Part shown: positions 27,585 to 27,712 of the stretch, piece after piece | How the letters are laid out: the number at the start of each line of letters is the position of its first letter | Numbering within the stretch: position 1 is the first letter of the stretch | Origin: Promethearchaeota archaeon | GTDB lineage: Archaea; Asgardarchaeota; Lokiarchaeia; Sigyniarchaeales; SOKP01 | Direction of reading: 5' to 3' | Length of the DNA stretch: 27,712 bases | NCBI GenBank assembly: GCA_016839585.1 | Contig: JAEOTZ010000007.1 | Location: 1-27,712 of the forward strand | Notes under the pieces: model-generated | Seen by the model: the letters and a program-made list of their open reading frames with translations, nothing else | Told to the model about the DNA's origin: nothing | The model's database searches: none | Made by a program: the position numbers and the translations under genes

Positions 27585-27712
27585 TTGAGAATTGCAATAA
27601 GTACTGATGGAGATGAAGTGTGTCCTCATTTTGGTCGTGCTCCTCAATTTACTATAATTACAATTGAGAATAATGAATTATTAGAAAAAAAAGTAGTATC
27701 TAATCCTGGACA
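27585..27712 (+). CDS. NifB/NifX family (dinitrogenase FeMo-cofactor-binding-like) protein, partial
   Basis: GAGGT SD, TTG start, MRIAISTDGDEVCPHFGRAPQF...SNPG; runs off the window end. Confidence 0.85.
   Translation, partial: MRIAISTDGDEVCPHFGRAPQFTIITIENNELLEKKVVSNPG

Noticed and set aside
27016-27712. Nitrogen fixation inferred from NifU/NifX-like genes
   Set aside because: These families are widespread in non-diazotrophic anaerobes; no nifHDK in the window

Overview
AT-rich archaeal window, most likely Asgard (Lokiarchaeia/Promethearchaeota). Support: a gelsolin-domain protein, a surface protein with an IPGY-TM-KKK (Loki-CTERM-like) tail, SDS22-like LRR proteins, GGTGA/GGAGG ribosome-binding sites and oligo-T terminators. 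The left half is metabolic: CCG/Fe-S protein, APC permease, acyl-CoA thioesterase, OsmC, three tandem crotonases, nucleoside phosphorylase, an orphan glycyl radical enzyme and two MFS exporters. The right half is an accessory region with LRR/DUF285 repeat proteins, small membrane proteins and several gene remnants, ending in a radical SAM/IscU-like/NifX cluster. Three signals stand out that the ORF track does not show. (1) A small membrane ORF (25708) stops at TGA, reads through to a U-x-C motif plus a hydrophobic tail, and is followed by a eukaryote-type SECIS-like hairpin: a candidate new selenoprotein. (2) Two homologous 21/29-aa peptide genes, each with a strong SD and a conserved downstream hairpin, lead into a coiled-coil/RHH/PCI-like regulator and two MFS exporters. 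(3) An Asp-containing 2-TM module is shared by an LRR protein and a zinc-ribbon protein. All family assignments come from motif recognition, not database searches.
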